Of a DNA stretch of 64,000 nt, positions 52,200 to 61,587 are shown in pieces. The DNA comes from Bdellovibrionales bacterium (GTDB lineage Bacteria > Bdellovibrionota > Bdellovibrionia > Bdellovibrionales > UBA1609), in assembly GCA_965261545.1 (NCBI GenBank), contig CBDHDF010000010.1, positions 128,001 through 192,000 of the forward strand, given 5' to 3'. A program made the position numbers and the translations under genes. Below the pieces are notes generated by a model, which was not told where the DNA came from, did no database searches, and worked only from the letters and a program-made list of their open reading frames with translations. Position 1 is the stretch's first letter. Every line of letters begins with the position of its first letter.

Positions 52200-52360
52200 C
52201 AACTGGTGCGGGCAATGCCATGCAACTGGTGAGGGTAATGCCATGCAACTGGTGCGGGCAATGCCATGCAACTGGTGAGGGTAATGCCATGCAACTGGTG
52301 CGGGTAATGCCATGCAATCGGTGCGGGTAATACCATGCAACTGGTGAGGGCAATGCCATG
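52200..52360. repeat. Seven tandem 23-bp repeats (IS21 left-end transposase-binding repeats)
   Basis: caactggtg(c/a)ggg(c/t)aatgccatg with no spacers; an eighth unit at 48327-48349. Confidence 0.9.
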
Positions 52361-52725
52361 CAATTTTACAATACTATCAGTTTAAGAAGAATCTACCCAC
52401 AAGATTGACTCTGCAAGTGCTTTGTATTGAACTTTTAAGGGATTGATGAAAATTTTAAGGCCTTAAACCGACAGTGTCGAGCTCAACCTATGACTAAATG
52501 CTGATTGAAGAGGGCACAAATTGACGCTGTGGGTATATAATCTACAGTATATCGTTAGCACACCCTTGATTGAAGTGAATCAGCATATGTCCAATATCTC
52601 GGGTTATAGACACCACCTCCTTTTCAAAAATTCTTAGGGTAGTATCAGTGGTGTCCTTCATGTATATCTGAGTGGCAACACACTGTACGAACTATGACAA
52701 TGGAGCCACCTAATCATTCTGGACT

Positions 52726-52926
52726 TTACTGGGATTTTCTACCCTGACTCCTTCTTGGCCCTTCCGAGTCACTAAGCAAGGCATCTGTAAACTTGGTGGT
52801 TGGAGTTAAGCCACGAAGGATTTGCTTTGTGGCTGCCTCTTGGAAGAATTGAAAAACCTCCACAGCAGAAAAATACATAAAGACCCAAAATAAAGTGCCT
52901 ACAATTAAATCAGTTAATGCTTTCAT
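52726..52926 (-). CDS. Small membrane protein of integrase module 2
   Basis: Paralog of 28205-28402. Confidence 0.65.
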   Translation of the reverse strand: MKALTDLIVGTLFWVFMYFSAVEVFQFFQEAATKQILRGLTPTTKFTDALLSDSEGPRRSQGRKSQ

Positions 52927-53550
52927 GATAATACCTCCATTTATGGTTTAAGTTGAATCCTCACTCTCTGGTAAGGGTGTTCATTTTATTTTCTCAGGTC
53001 CCAATCCTAGATGCTCAGCAAGCCCACAGGGCAGGCAATCACCAAATTTGATTGTCGCCTCACATCGTCTAACAAATGACCTAGACATGGACCAAACCTT
53101 CTTTTGAAGCTCCTCAATTATGGCCCGGCGCAGACCCCGATGGGCAGAAGGGCCATAAAAGTGGAGTAAGAAAAGGAACAACGCAAAGCGCAAAAACTTA
53201 TCTTGCCTGACAAGTCCAACTTCTTCCGTTGCCCCAGCCCCGGGGGGCCAGTTCATGGAAAATTCCAAAAATTTAGGTCAACAACAGGTCAACAAAAAGT
53301 CAACTGACTTTGAAATAACCCGAAAGATTCAGAAATATAGACTTAAAATCATAGTCTCAAGTTGTGTGTTTTCAACTACTTAGAATGAATGAGCTTTTGC
53401 TCTTCGAAGAAGTTCGGAGAGATATTGCAATGAGTCATTGGCGGGGGTTCTCAGAAATGAGGAATTCCCATAATTTAGTTTACTTAAACAGGAAGAAAGA
53501 GAATTTTCATGAAATACCGAGAAATATTAATTGCTTATGGGGAAAAAGGC

Positions 53551-54714
53551 TTAGGGCTTTCCCTTAAAGTTACTCATACTCAAAACTCTGCCACTTGTAA
53601 TGCTATCCATCTGGGGCATGACATCAAGAACATCTGTTGCACCTTTGACTTCAACCCCTGCAAGCCTGACATAAATCTGAAAGGTCTTGATATCTCTCCA
53701 GCCACCGATTTTCATAACGGTGGCCTGATTGACTCCAGAGGCCAGCATGTGAGTGGCAAAGCAAGCTCTTAGTGAATGAAAGACGACATTGCTTTCAATG
53801 CCCAAGTCTTTCAAATACTGCCGCAGTATCTTACCAGCTTGACCATTCCTCCAAGCATAATGCCTTTCAAGAACAAGGTCTTCTGGAGTGGCGTTGTCCT
53901 TCCTAAGTTCCAAGATGACCGCTTTTAGGTCATTTGAAATAGGAACAGATCGCCAGTACCCAGCCTTCGTGCTTTTGATCGTGCGGCGAGCATCATTATA
54001 GGATTTTGATACGGTTATGATTCCTTTTTCGAGGTCAATGTCCTTCCACTGAAGGGCCATTAATTCTCCGCTTCTCATACCCGTACAAATAGCAAAAGCC
54101 CATGTGGGATACCAAGGGTTGTTGCTTGTTTTAGCCTGCTTAAGAAGCACCCTAAGCTCATCTTTTGTGAGAATCTTAGGGACCCTTTCTTCCTTAGTTC
54201 CTACAGTCAAACCTTCAGTGGGGCTTGAGTGAACACCTAAAGCGTATTTCTCCTCAATCGCCCATCTAAACACAACATTGACGGAAGATTTGATACTCCT
54301 TAAAAGACCAGTTCCAGCTCCCTGAGCCTTAGCTGAGTCTAAAGCCTGCCTTCCATCACCCTTGGTTAAATCAGAAACCCTACATTTCCACCAGATTTGT
54401 GTGTAATTTCTTAATCTGTTGACATGGGCTTGCACGATGGAGCGATCTAAGTATTTATCCCCAAGGTGTCCCGTCCGGGTTTTAATTTCCCATCGGTCCA
54501 CAATCTCACCCCAAGTGAGACCACGGCCTTCAAGTTTTGCCACTTCCTCAACAACGCTCTTAAAGAGCTTTTTTTCAAGCTTTAAGGCTTCTTTCAAAGT
54601 TGGAATGTTTTTCCTACTTCTCTGTAGCCTTAAAGTTGGACTTGCCTTCCCTCGTGCTTCAACATGAACACGAAAGAACTTTACTTCATTTTTCTTATAA
54701 CTACTTATGGCCAT
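53551..54714 (-). CDS. Tyrosine integrase, copy 2
   Basis: Protein identical to copy 1. Confidence 0.93.
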   Translation of the reverse strand: MAISSYKKNEVKFFRVHVEARGKASPTLRLQRSRKNIPTLKEALKLEKKLFKSVVEEVAKLEGRGLTWGEIVDRWEIKTRTGHLGDKYLDRSIVQAHVNRLRNYTQIWWKCRVSDLTKGDGRQALDSAKAQGAGTGLLRSIKSSVNVVFRWAIEEKYALGVHSSPTEGLTVGTKEERVPKILTKDELRVLLKQAKTSNNPWYPTWAFAICTGMRSGELMALQWKDIDLEKGIITVSKSYNDARRTIKSTKAGYWRSVPISNDLKAVILELRKDNATPEDLVLERHYAWRNGQAGKILRQYLKDLGIESNVVFHSLRACFATHMLASGVNQATVMKIGGWRDIKTFQIYVRLAGVEVKGATDVLDVMPQMDSITSGRVLSMSNFKGKP

Positions 54715-54904
54715 TATAAACCTCCTTAAATGCTGAGGTTTCAATAAGGACGCAAAGCTTATCTTTTCTGAAGTAAAATTTCCCTCGAAACTGCCTTGCT
54801 CTTAGAAGTCCTCTATGAGCGAGAATCCTAATCGCATTGGCACTTTTCCGAAGGTATTAAGCAGCTTCTTCTGTTGTTAACCAAACTAAATTGTCAAAGA
54901 GCAT
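54701..54904 (-). pseudogene. Excisionase-like gene with an in-frame TAA, copy 2
   Basis: Same sequence and stop codon as 33331-33534. Confidence 0.75.
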
Positions 54905-55018
54905 ATCAGAGTCGCACATTTTGTGATGAACACTCTGACCACTGCCACACCTTTCGTCCTGACAGCTATCTATAGTCATAGCAAATACTTCTATCTAAGA
55001 CAAGTTTGATTCCTAAGA

Positions 55019-56907
55019 GAGCCTGTAAACTATTTTGTGTAACTGCCGAATCATATTAGGATGAACTATCATCCTGAAAGGAGAAGGCAGAATGGATATC
55101 AAGACAATAGGCAAGGAACTAGCGAAGAACGTCAAGACCCAAAAGGATTTATCCGACATAACGGGTCAACTGATGAAGGTTGTTTTAGAGACGGCCCTTA
55201 ATGCGGAAATGGACGATCACCTAGGTTATGAGAGGCATGAGAAGTCTGAGACCCGCAAATCCAACACTCGCAATGGTTACAGTAGAAAGACCATAAAGGG
55301 AGAGAAAGGCGAGGTGGAGCTTCAGGTCCCCCGTGACCGAAGTGCCTCCTTTGAACCTCAAGTCATTCCCAAGGGTAAGACTCGTCTTGAGGGCTTTGAA
55401 GACAGTATCCTGACCCTCTATGCGAGGGGAATGACGACCAGGGATATTCAAGGAGCTATCAAAGACCTCTACCATGGTGCAGAGATATCCCACTCAGTGA
55501 TAGCCAACGTGACGGATGCTGTTATTGATGAAGTTACGGCTTGGCAGAACCGCCCCTTGGATAGCACTTACCCTATCGTATTTTTGGACTGTATCGTGGT
55601 GAAGGTCCATCAAGACAAGAGAGTTATTAATAAGGCGATTTACCTAGCTCTTGGTATTACAGAGGAGGGTCAGAAAGACTTGTTGGGCCTATGGATTTCT
55701 GAAAATGAGGGTTCAAAGTTTTGGTTGAGTGTTTTGACTGAGCTGCAAAATCGAGGGTTGAAAGATGTATTTATATTTTCTGTAGATGGTCTTACAGGTT
55801 TTCCTCAAGCCATTTCAGCGGCTTTTCCCAAGTCTAAAGTGCAACTGTGCATTGTCCATATGGTCCGCAATTCCCTTCGCTATGTTCCTTCCAAGGATAT
55901 GAAAGCTGTCGCCCAAGACCTCAAGTCCATTTATGGCTCTACGACTCTGACAGAAGCTGAAAAGGCCCTTGAGGAATTTTGTACCAAGTGGTCTTCAAAG
56001 TATCCTAATATTGAAAAGTCTTGGCGTAGGAATTGGGACAATCTCATCACTATTTTCGATTATCCGGATGAAATCAGAAAGATTTTTTATACCACAAACG
56101 CCATAGAGTCGTTAAATAGCGTGATCCGCAAGGCGATCAGAAATCGTAAGATATTTCCCAGTGATCGGTCGGCTTTAAAAGTTGTATATTTAGCGATAAA
56201 AATGGCCTCTAAGCGATGGACACGACCATTACACAACTGGAAGCCAGCCATGAACAGGTTTGCCATTGAATACGGTGACCGTTTTGACAACTAAGTTTTT
56301 TAATAAGGTCCACCACCTGCCTTATAAGGGGGCTTAAAAGCCCCTCTAAGGCGTTGACAGAAGTACTGGAATACCGAGACTATGGTTAGGGTAATATAGT
56401 ATGGGAACCTAAATACATGCCCTCTTGGTGCAGATTTGGGTTCCCATTTTTTTTCATATTTCATCCCAATTCTGGTATTTCTCGAATATCCTAAGTTAAA
56501 AAAAATAAAAAAAAGGGGGTAATATAGTATGGGAACCTAAACACATGAACCCTTTGATGAGATTGGAATTTCCATTTTTTTGAGAGAGCCATTGCTGATT
56601 TTTTTTCAACCAAGATGATAATTATTTATTTGAGTTCTTTCCAGTTCTGATATGATCCCATTACGGCTCCATAATACAATCAAAAGTCCAGAGTAACTAA
56701 AGAGGCCAATTATATAGACCAGCGAAGATGTCCACCTCCCCATTAACTTATAATGCATTGTGACTGACAAAATCGCTTGAAGGAAAAAATGTCAATTATA
56801 CATTGACGAATAATATGGGACTGTGCTTTTTACCAGGAGTGGAGCCACATAAGTGGCTTTAAGATTTAAGAAAAAAATTGCAGTTACACAATTATTTTTA
56901 CAGTCCC
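55019..56907 (+). mobile_element. IS256-family element, copy 2 (intact)
   Basis: IRs as in copy 1; TSD TCCTAAGA at 55011-55018 and 56908-56915. Confidence 0.95.
55092..56294 (+). CDS. IS256-family transposase
   Basis: Full 400 aa with IS256 motifs. Confidence 0.95.
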   Translation: MDIKTIGKELAKNVKTQKDLSDITGQLMKVVLETALNAEMDDHLGYERHEKSETRKSNTRNGYSRKTIKGEKGEVELQVPRDRSASFEPQVIPKGKTRLEGFEDSILTLYARGMTTRDIQGAIKDLYHGAEISHSVIANVTDAVIDEVTAWQNRPLDSTYPIVFLDCIVVKVHQDKRVINKAIYLALGITEEGQKDLLGLWISENEGSKFWLSVLTELQNRGLKDVFIFSVDGLTGFPQAISAAFPKSKVQLCIVHMVRNSLRYVPSKDMKAVAQDLKSIYGSTTLTEAEKALEEFCTKWSSKYPNIEKSWRRNWDNLITIFDYPDEIRKIFYTTNAIESLNSVIRKAIRNRKIFPSDRSALKVVYLAIKMASKRWTRPLHNWKPAMNRFAIEYGDRFDN

Positions 56908-57025
56908 TCCTAAGAATCAACTAGAATTTTTTAAATTTTTTTGGTGCTTGGGACATGATCCCTAACTTGAAATTTATCACAAAATCAGCTCTGGTTTTAT
57001 GACAGGTATTGACCAAAGATTTTCA

Positions 57026-58030
57026 TCATTTGGAAGGAGTAACAAAAGAATTAGGAAAGGATTTGATATAAAGGTCTATAACAGAACTTGGGTTGACATC
57101 AGGGGTTCCAATTTTAGAAAAAAAAATTCCCATGATATTCAAAAGCCTATCAGAAAAATTCTCAGTTAACGATATAACTCTTTTTTCTTTCAAAAGATTG
57201 CTTAATGTTCCATCTTTTTGAACTTCTTCCTTAATTTTTAAAGTAATCATATCATCTAACTGAATAATATAAGATAAATCATGACCTTGACTCGAAAGAG
57301 GAGTGCTGGGTTCGTAGTAAAAGATTCCTGATGAATCCATTTGATTGAGAAATAACTTGGGCAACTTATTCTTTATCGCACTAGAGTTTAAATTAATTTT
57401 ACTCTCTTTCTTCTTTTTCTTAACCTCTTGATTAAATGATTTAACTGTTTTTAACCAAATTTCTGATTTACGAAAGCGAATCAAGTTTTCTGTCAATATT
57501 TGACTATCTTTGGAATACTCTCTGAGGCTGTCTAAAAGACTATCTAATGATTGGGTCTGTTCCGCTCCTTCTTTAAGAATTCCCTCAATTTTTTTAAGAA
57601 TACTTTTTATAGATTTTTCGGGCTCTTTATTTTTCTTAAGAAATATTTTGTATGACTCTATAAAAGACTGTTCAAGAGAAGGAACATTTCCTTGAACGAA
57701 AGGACTATTCCCTAAAACTCCCTCTTTTAAAACATCCATTAATCCCTGAAGAGGTGCGAGGAATAAATTGTTTTTGAAGTGTCGATTTTTCTCCTTATCT
57801 TGAACCATATCACACGCCTTATTGAGGATAGCCCAAAGACAGTGTTTATATTTTAGGTCATTATTGTACTGTTTAAAGAGGTCTAATATTGAATCATGCT
57901 TTACAATATTCTTAAAATCATCAATTTTGAGTAAAACAACATCTCCAGTCTTTAAACTAAAACTTTTTTCTGGATACATGACCGAGGGGTAATTCTTTAA
58001 ATGTGACATAGTACTGCTACTATTAGCCAT
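57026..58030 (-). CDS. Hypothetical protein (cargo of integrase module 2)
   Basis: 334-aa AT-rich ORF with GDVV...NKACDM and a C-terminal FFSKIGTPD. Confidence 0.75.
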   Translation of the reverse strand: MANSSSTMSHLKNYPSVMYPEKSFSLKTGDVVLLKIDDFKNIVKHDSILDLFKQYNNDLKYKHCLWAILNKACDMVQDKEKNRHFKNNLFLAPLQGLMDVLKEGVLGNSPFVQGNVPSLEQSFIESYKIFLKKNKEPEKSIKSILKKIEGILKEGAEQTQSLDSLLDSLREYSKDSQILTENLIRFRKSEIWLKTVKSFNQEVKKKKKESKINLNSSAIKNKLPKLFLNQMDSSGIFYYEPSTPLSSQGHDLSYIIQLDDMITLKIKEEVQKDGTLSNLLKEKRVISLTENFSDRLLNIMGIFFSKIGTPDVNPSSVIDLYIKSFPNSFVTPSK

Positions 58031-58057
58031 GATAAAAAATTGAAGAAAAATAGAAAA

Positions 58058-58249
58058 TTATGAATTTTTTTGCCTAATAGCTTCTGTAGATGCCACAACA
58101 AATGAATATGGAACCACAGGCTTGTAGTTCTTCCAAGCTTGGCCTAAAGATTTACAGTGACTTTGAGGTGAGAGGTCTTTAGACTTTCCATCATTACTTG
58201 TAATTGTATGCTCTGCATCTGTCTTTTTTGTGTCCGTCTTTTTTTTCAT
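58058..58249 (-). CDS. Small hypothetical protein
   Basis: 63 aa with an AAGGGAG RBS, directly upstream of the 334-aa gene. Confidence 0.55.
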   Translation of the reverse strand: MKKKTDTKKTDAEHTITSNDGKSKDLSPQSHCKSLGQAWKNYKPVVPYSFVVASTEAIRQKNS

Positions 58250-58903
58250 AATTCTCCCTTATAAGCTTTTCGGCTTTTTAGCGCCCAAACTAAAGTCAGA
58301 ACTCCTCAAATTGCCCCCTTTAAGCTGCTCTACTAATACAATTAATGAATGGTAACTTTTACCTTACTTGTCCCTGTCAGCTCTTCAAAGTAATTTTCTT
58401 AGGGTCCTAGTTCTCTTGGTTGGACAACAATCTTCCTAGCAAAAACAAGGATTTAGCACATATGGAGCGAGAAAATGAACACGCTATAACCGAATTAGCT
58501 TGCCTGAAAATCTTATCCCAACTACTATAACTGACATAACTATGAGTATGTCAATATTATATTAATATTGACATAATATTTATATGATACAATAAGACAT
58601 GGTGCGGTCAACAGAATGTTCCCTTAAGACTTGTAGTTAGATTAGTAGAGGTACAGTGGAAAGGTGTGCATATAAGCAGTAACTTTTGAGCAACCTCCCA
58701 ATGTCTCCTGGATTTTAGGTAGTTTCTGTCCATGAATGACCCTTTTTACTTATTCATGGCTTCTCAAACCCCGTTACATTTGAGTAGAAAACGGGGTGGG
58801 GTTTTCAGAAATGAGGAATTCCCATAATTTAGTTTACTTAAACAGGAAGAAGAGGGATTCTCACGAAATACCGAGAAATATTAATTGCTTATGGGAAAAA
58901 GGC

Positions 58904-60067
58904 TTAGGGCTTTTCCTTAAAGTTACTCATACTCAAAACTCTGCCACTTGTAATGCTATCCATCTGGGGCATGACATCAAGAACATCTGTTGCACCTTTG
59001 ACTTCAACCCCTGCAAGCCTGACATAAATCTGAAAGGTCTTGATATCTCTCCAGCCACCGATTTTCATAACGGTGGCCTGATTGACTCCAGAGGCCAGCA
59101 TGTGAGTGGCAAAGCAAGCTCTTAGTGAATGAAAGACGACATTGCTTTCAATGCCCAAGTCTTTCAAATACTGCCGCAGTATCTTACCAGCTTGACCATT
59201 CCTCCAAGCATAATGCCTTTCAAGAACAAGGTCTTCTGGAGTGGCGTTGTCCTTCCTAAGTTCCAAGATGACCGCTTTTAGGTCATTTGAAATAGGAACA
59301 GATCGCCAGTACCCAGCCTTAGTGCTTTTGATCGTGCGGCGAGCATCATTATAGGATTTTGATACGGTTATGATTCCTTTTTCGAGGTCAATGTCCTTCC
59401 ACTGAAGGGCCATTAATTCTCCGCTTCTCATACCCGTACAAATAGCAAAAGCCCATGTGGGATACCAAGGGTTGTTGCTTGTTTTAGCCTGCTTAAGAAG
59501 CACCCTAAGCTCATCTTTTGTGAGAATCTTAGGGACCCTTTCTTCCTTAGTTCCTACAGTCAAACCTTCAGTGGGGCTTGAGTGAACACCTAAAGCGTAT
59601 TTCTCCTCAATCGCCCATCTAAACACAACATTGACGGAAGATTTGATACTCCTTAAAAGACCAGTTCCAGCTCCCTGAGCCTTAGCTGAGTCTAAAACCT
59701 GCCTTCCATCACCCTTGGTTAAATCAGAAACCCTACATTTCCACCAGATTTGTGTGTAATTTCTTAATCTGTTGACATGGGCTTGCACGATGGAGCGATC
59801 TAAGTATTTATCCCCAAGGTGTCCCGTCCGGGTTTTAATTTCCCATCGGTCCACAATCTCACCCCAAGTGAGACCACGGCCTTCAAGTTTTGCCACTTCC
59901 TCAACAACGCTCTTAAAGAGCTTTTTTTCAAGCTTTAAGGCTTCTTTCAAAGTTGGAATGTTTTTCCTACTTCTCTGTAGCCTTAAAGTTGGACTTGCCT
60001 TCCCTCGTGCTTCAACATGAACACGAAAGAACTTTACTTCATTTTTCTTATAACTACTTATGGCCAT
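58904..60067 (-). CDS. Tyrosine integrase, copy 3
   Basis: Differs from copies 1 and 2 by two residues. Confidence 0.93.
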   Translation of the reverse strand: MAISSYKKNEVKFFRVHVEARGKASPTLRLQRSRKNIPTLKEALKLEKKLFKSVVEEVAKLEGRGLTWGEIVDRWEIKTRTGHLGDKYLDRSIVQAHVNRLRNYTQIWWKCRVSDLTKGDGRQVLDSAKAQGAGTGLLRSIKSSVNVVFRWAIEEKYALGVHSSPTEGLTVGTKEERVPKILTKDELRVLLKQAKTSNNPWYPTWAFAICTGMRSGELMALQWKDIDLEKGIITVSKSYNDARRTIKSTKAGYWRSVPISNDLKAVILELRKDNATPEDLVLERHYAWRNGQAGKILRQYLKDLGIESNVVFHSLRACFATHMLASGVNQATVMKIGGWRDIKTFQIYVRLAGVEVKGATDVLDVMPQMDSITSGRVLSMSNFKEKP

Positions 60068-60257
60068 TATAAACCTCCTTAAATGCTGAGGTTTCAATAA
60101 GGACGCAAAGCTTATCTTTTCTGAAGTAAAATTTCCCTCGAAACTGCCTTGCTCTTAGAAGTTCTCTATGAGCGAGAATCCTAATCGCATTGGCACTTTT
60201 CCGAAGGTATTAAGCAGCTTCTTCTGTTGTTAACCAAACTAAATTGTCAAAGAGCAT
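60054..60257 (-). pseudogene. Excisionase-like gene with an in-frame TAA, copy 3
   Basis: Same TAA at the equivalent codon. Confidence 0.72.
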
Positions 60258-60397
60258 ATCAGAGTTGCAATATTTCATGACTACACCCTGACCCCTGCCG
60301 TCTTTCTGCTGACAGTTGTCTGTAACCATATCAAAAATTTCTGTGGTTAGACAAGTAAAATTTAAAGAAATTGATTCTAAGAAAATTTAGAAGAGTA

Positions 60398-60790
60398 TCA
60401 CACTTTAATCTTCCAGTCTTTTCTTTCTGGAAAAATCATTTGCATACTTTTCACTTGCCAATCAGGCCAACTAGAAACTTCAAAGACAGCCTCTTGATGA
60501 CTCTCCTCAAAAGTGCGATTGGAGCAACTGTTCTCTACCTGAGGACTAGGTTGCCCCTTAATCTTCCAGTCTTTTCTTTCTGGAAAAATCATTTGCATAC
60601 TTTTTACTTGCCAATCAGGCCAGCTAGAGACTTCAAGGACAGCCTCTTGATAGCGTTCCTCAAAAGTGCGCTTTAAATCCGATTTTCTTCTCTCTTCTGA
60701 TGAGAACGAAACATCATTTTCTTTCTCTTTGCTCTTTGGATTTGATAAATTTTTATCGTTATAAAATCTTTCTTTTTCTACTTCAGTCAT
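60398..60790 (-). CDS. Hypothetical duplicated-motif protein, copy 2
   Basis: Paralog of 33675-34067. Confidence 0.6.
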   Translation of the reverse strand: MTEVEKERFYNDKNLSNPKSKEKENDVSFSSEERRKSDLKRTFEERYQEAVLEVSSWPDWQVKSMQMIFPERKDWKIKGQPSPQVENSCSNRTFEESHQEAVFEVSSWPDWQVKSMQMIFPERKDWKIKV

Positions 60791-60799
60791 AAAAAACAC

Positions 60800-61460
60800 C
60801 TAAGCATCGAAGCCTTTCTTAATTTCTGCATTTATAAATATTTCTTTACCAAGATATTGTTGAGCCTCCACCTTGACCCTCACTTCTTGATTCTTCCGCC
60901 TTTTTTATTCCTTCTTTATTGATTAAAAAAGAAATTCTCTGATTTTCAGAGGAAAATACGCCTATTTGATAGTAGGCATCTCCATATGTTCTACTCAATA
61001 ACTTAGATTCATCTGGGTGTTTTATGGAATTAAATATATAAGCCACACCGGTGGATAGATGCTCTTTGCTTTCACCTTTATTTCTATCACCTAGATGTTC
61101 TTTTATCTCTTCTCTTTTTTCCTGAATCTGAATCACTGCATATTCAGACAGAAGGGAGCCTCGTTTCCTCCTAGCTTGTGTTCCTAATGTCATCTGACTG
61201 CTAATTTCATCGAATCGATTCGACGACTTATCGACCTTAAATTTATTAGATTCTTCAGGGCTAAGATTGAGGATCTGTATAAAATTCTCATCCTCTAAGA
61301 AGTCACTAAACTTAAGAGTTTCAACTTTATAGTTAAACTGGGACAATATATTTTTAATCTGGCCTTGAACAGATTTTAAATTTAAGCCAGTAGCCCCTAT
61401 CAAGCCAATAAATAGCTCTGTTCTTTCTCCGTCTCTAGACTGTTCCCACTTAGTACTCAT
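60800..61460 (-). pseudogene. dCTP deaminase copy with a ~0.9-kb internal deletion
   Basis: The junction at ~60899 joins the equivalents of 35070 and 34176. The deaminase domain is lost and the tail is frameshifted. Confidence 0.9.
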
Positions 61461-61587
61461 TCTTCCTCTCAATGACTTGTAGTCGTAAAAAGATAATATA
61501 GAGAGATTCTTGAGATGCAAGCTCTATTTTATCATCAGAGGGCACCAATTTGTGACCTTTGCAGGCCCTTAGTTATCTAAATTTTAC

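Larger units (their letters stand above)
46941..52370 (-). mobile_element. Remnant IS21 #3 hosting the group II intron
   Basis: Left end TGTAAAATTGCATGG at 52370; 23-bp repeats on both sides of the intron; istA downstream. Confidence 0.8.

Noticed and set aside
52105..52359. Repetitive Cys/His/Pro peptides (MALPSPVAW...)
   Set aside because: Translation artefacts of the 23-bp repeats.
52200..52360. CRISPR array
   Set aside because: The repeats are contiguous with no unique spacers, there are no cas genes, and they end in an IS21-type terminus.
52693..52723. Short similarity to the IS91 transposase (tatgacaatgga...ttctggac)
   Set aside because: About 30 bp; too short to call a feature.
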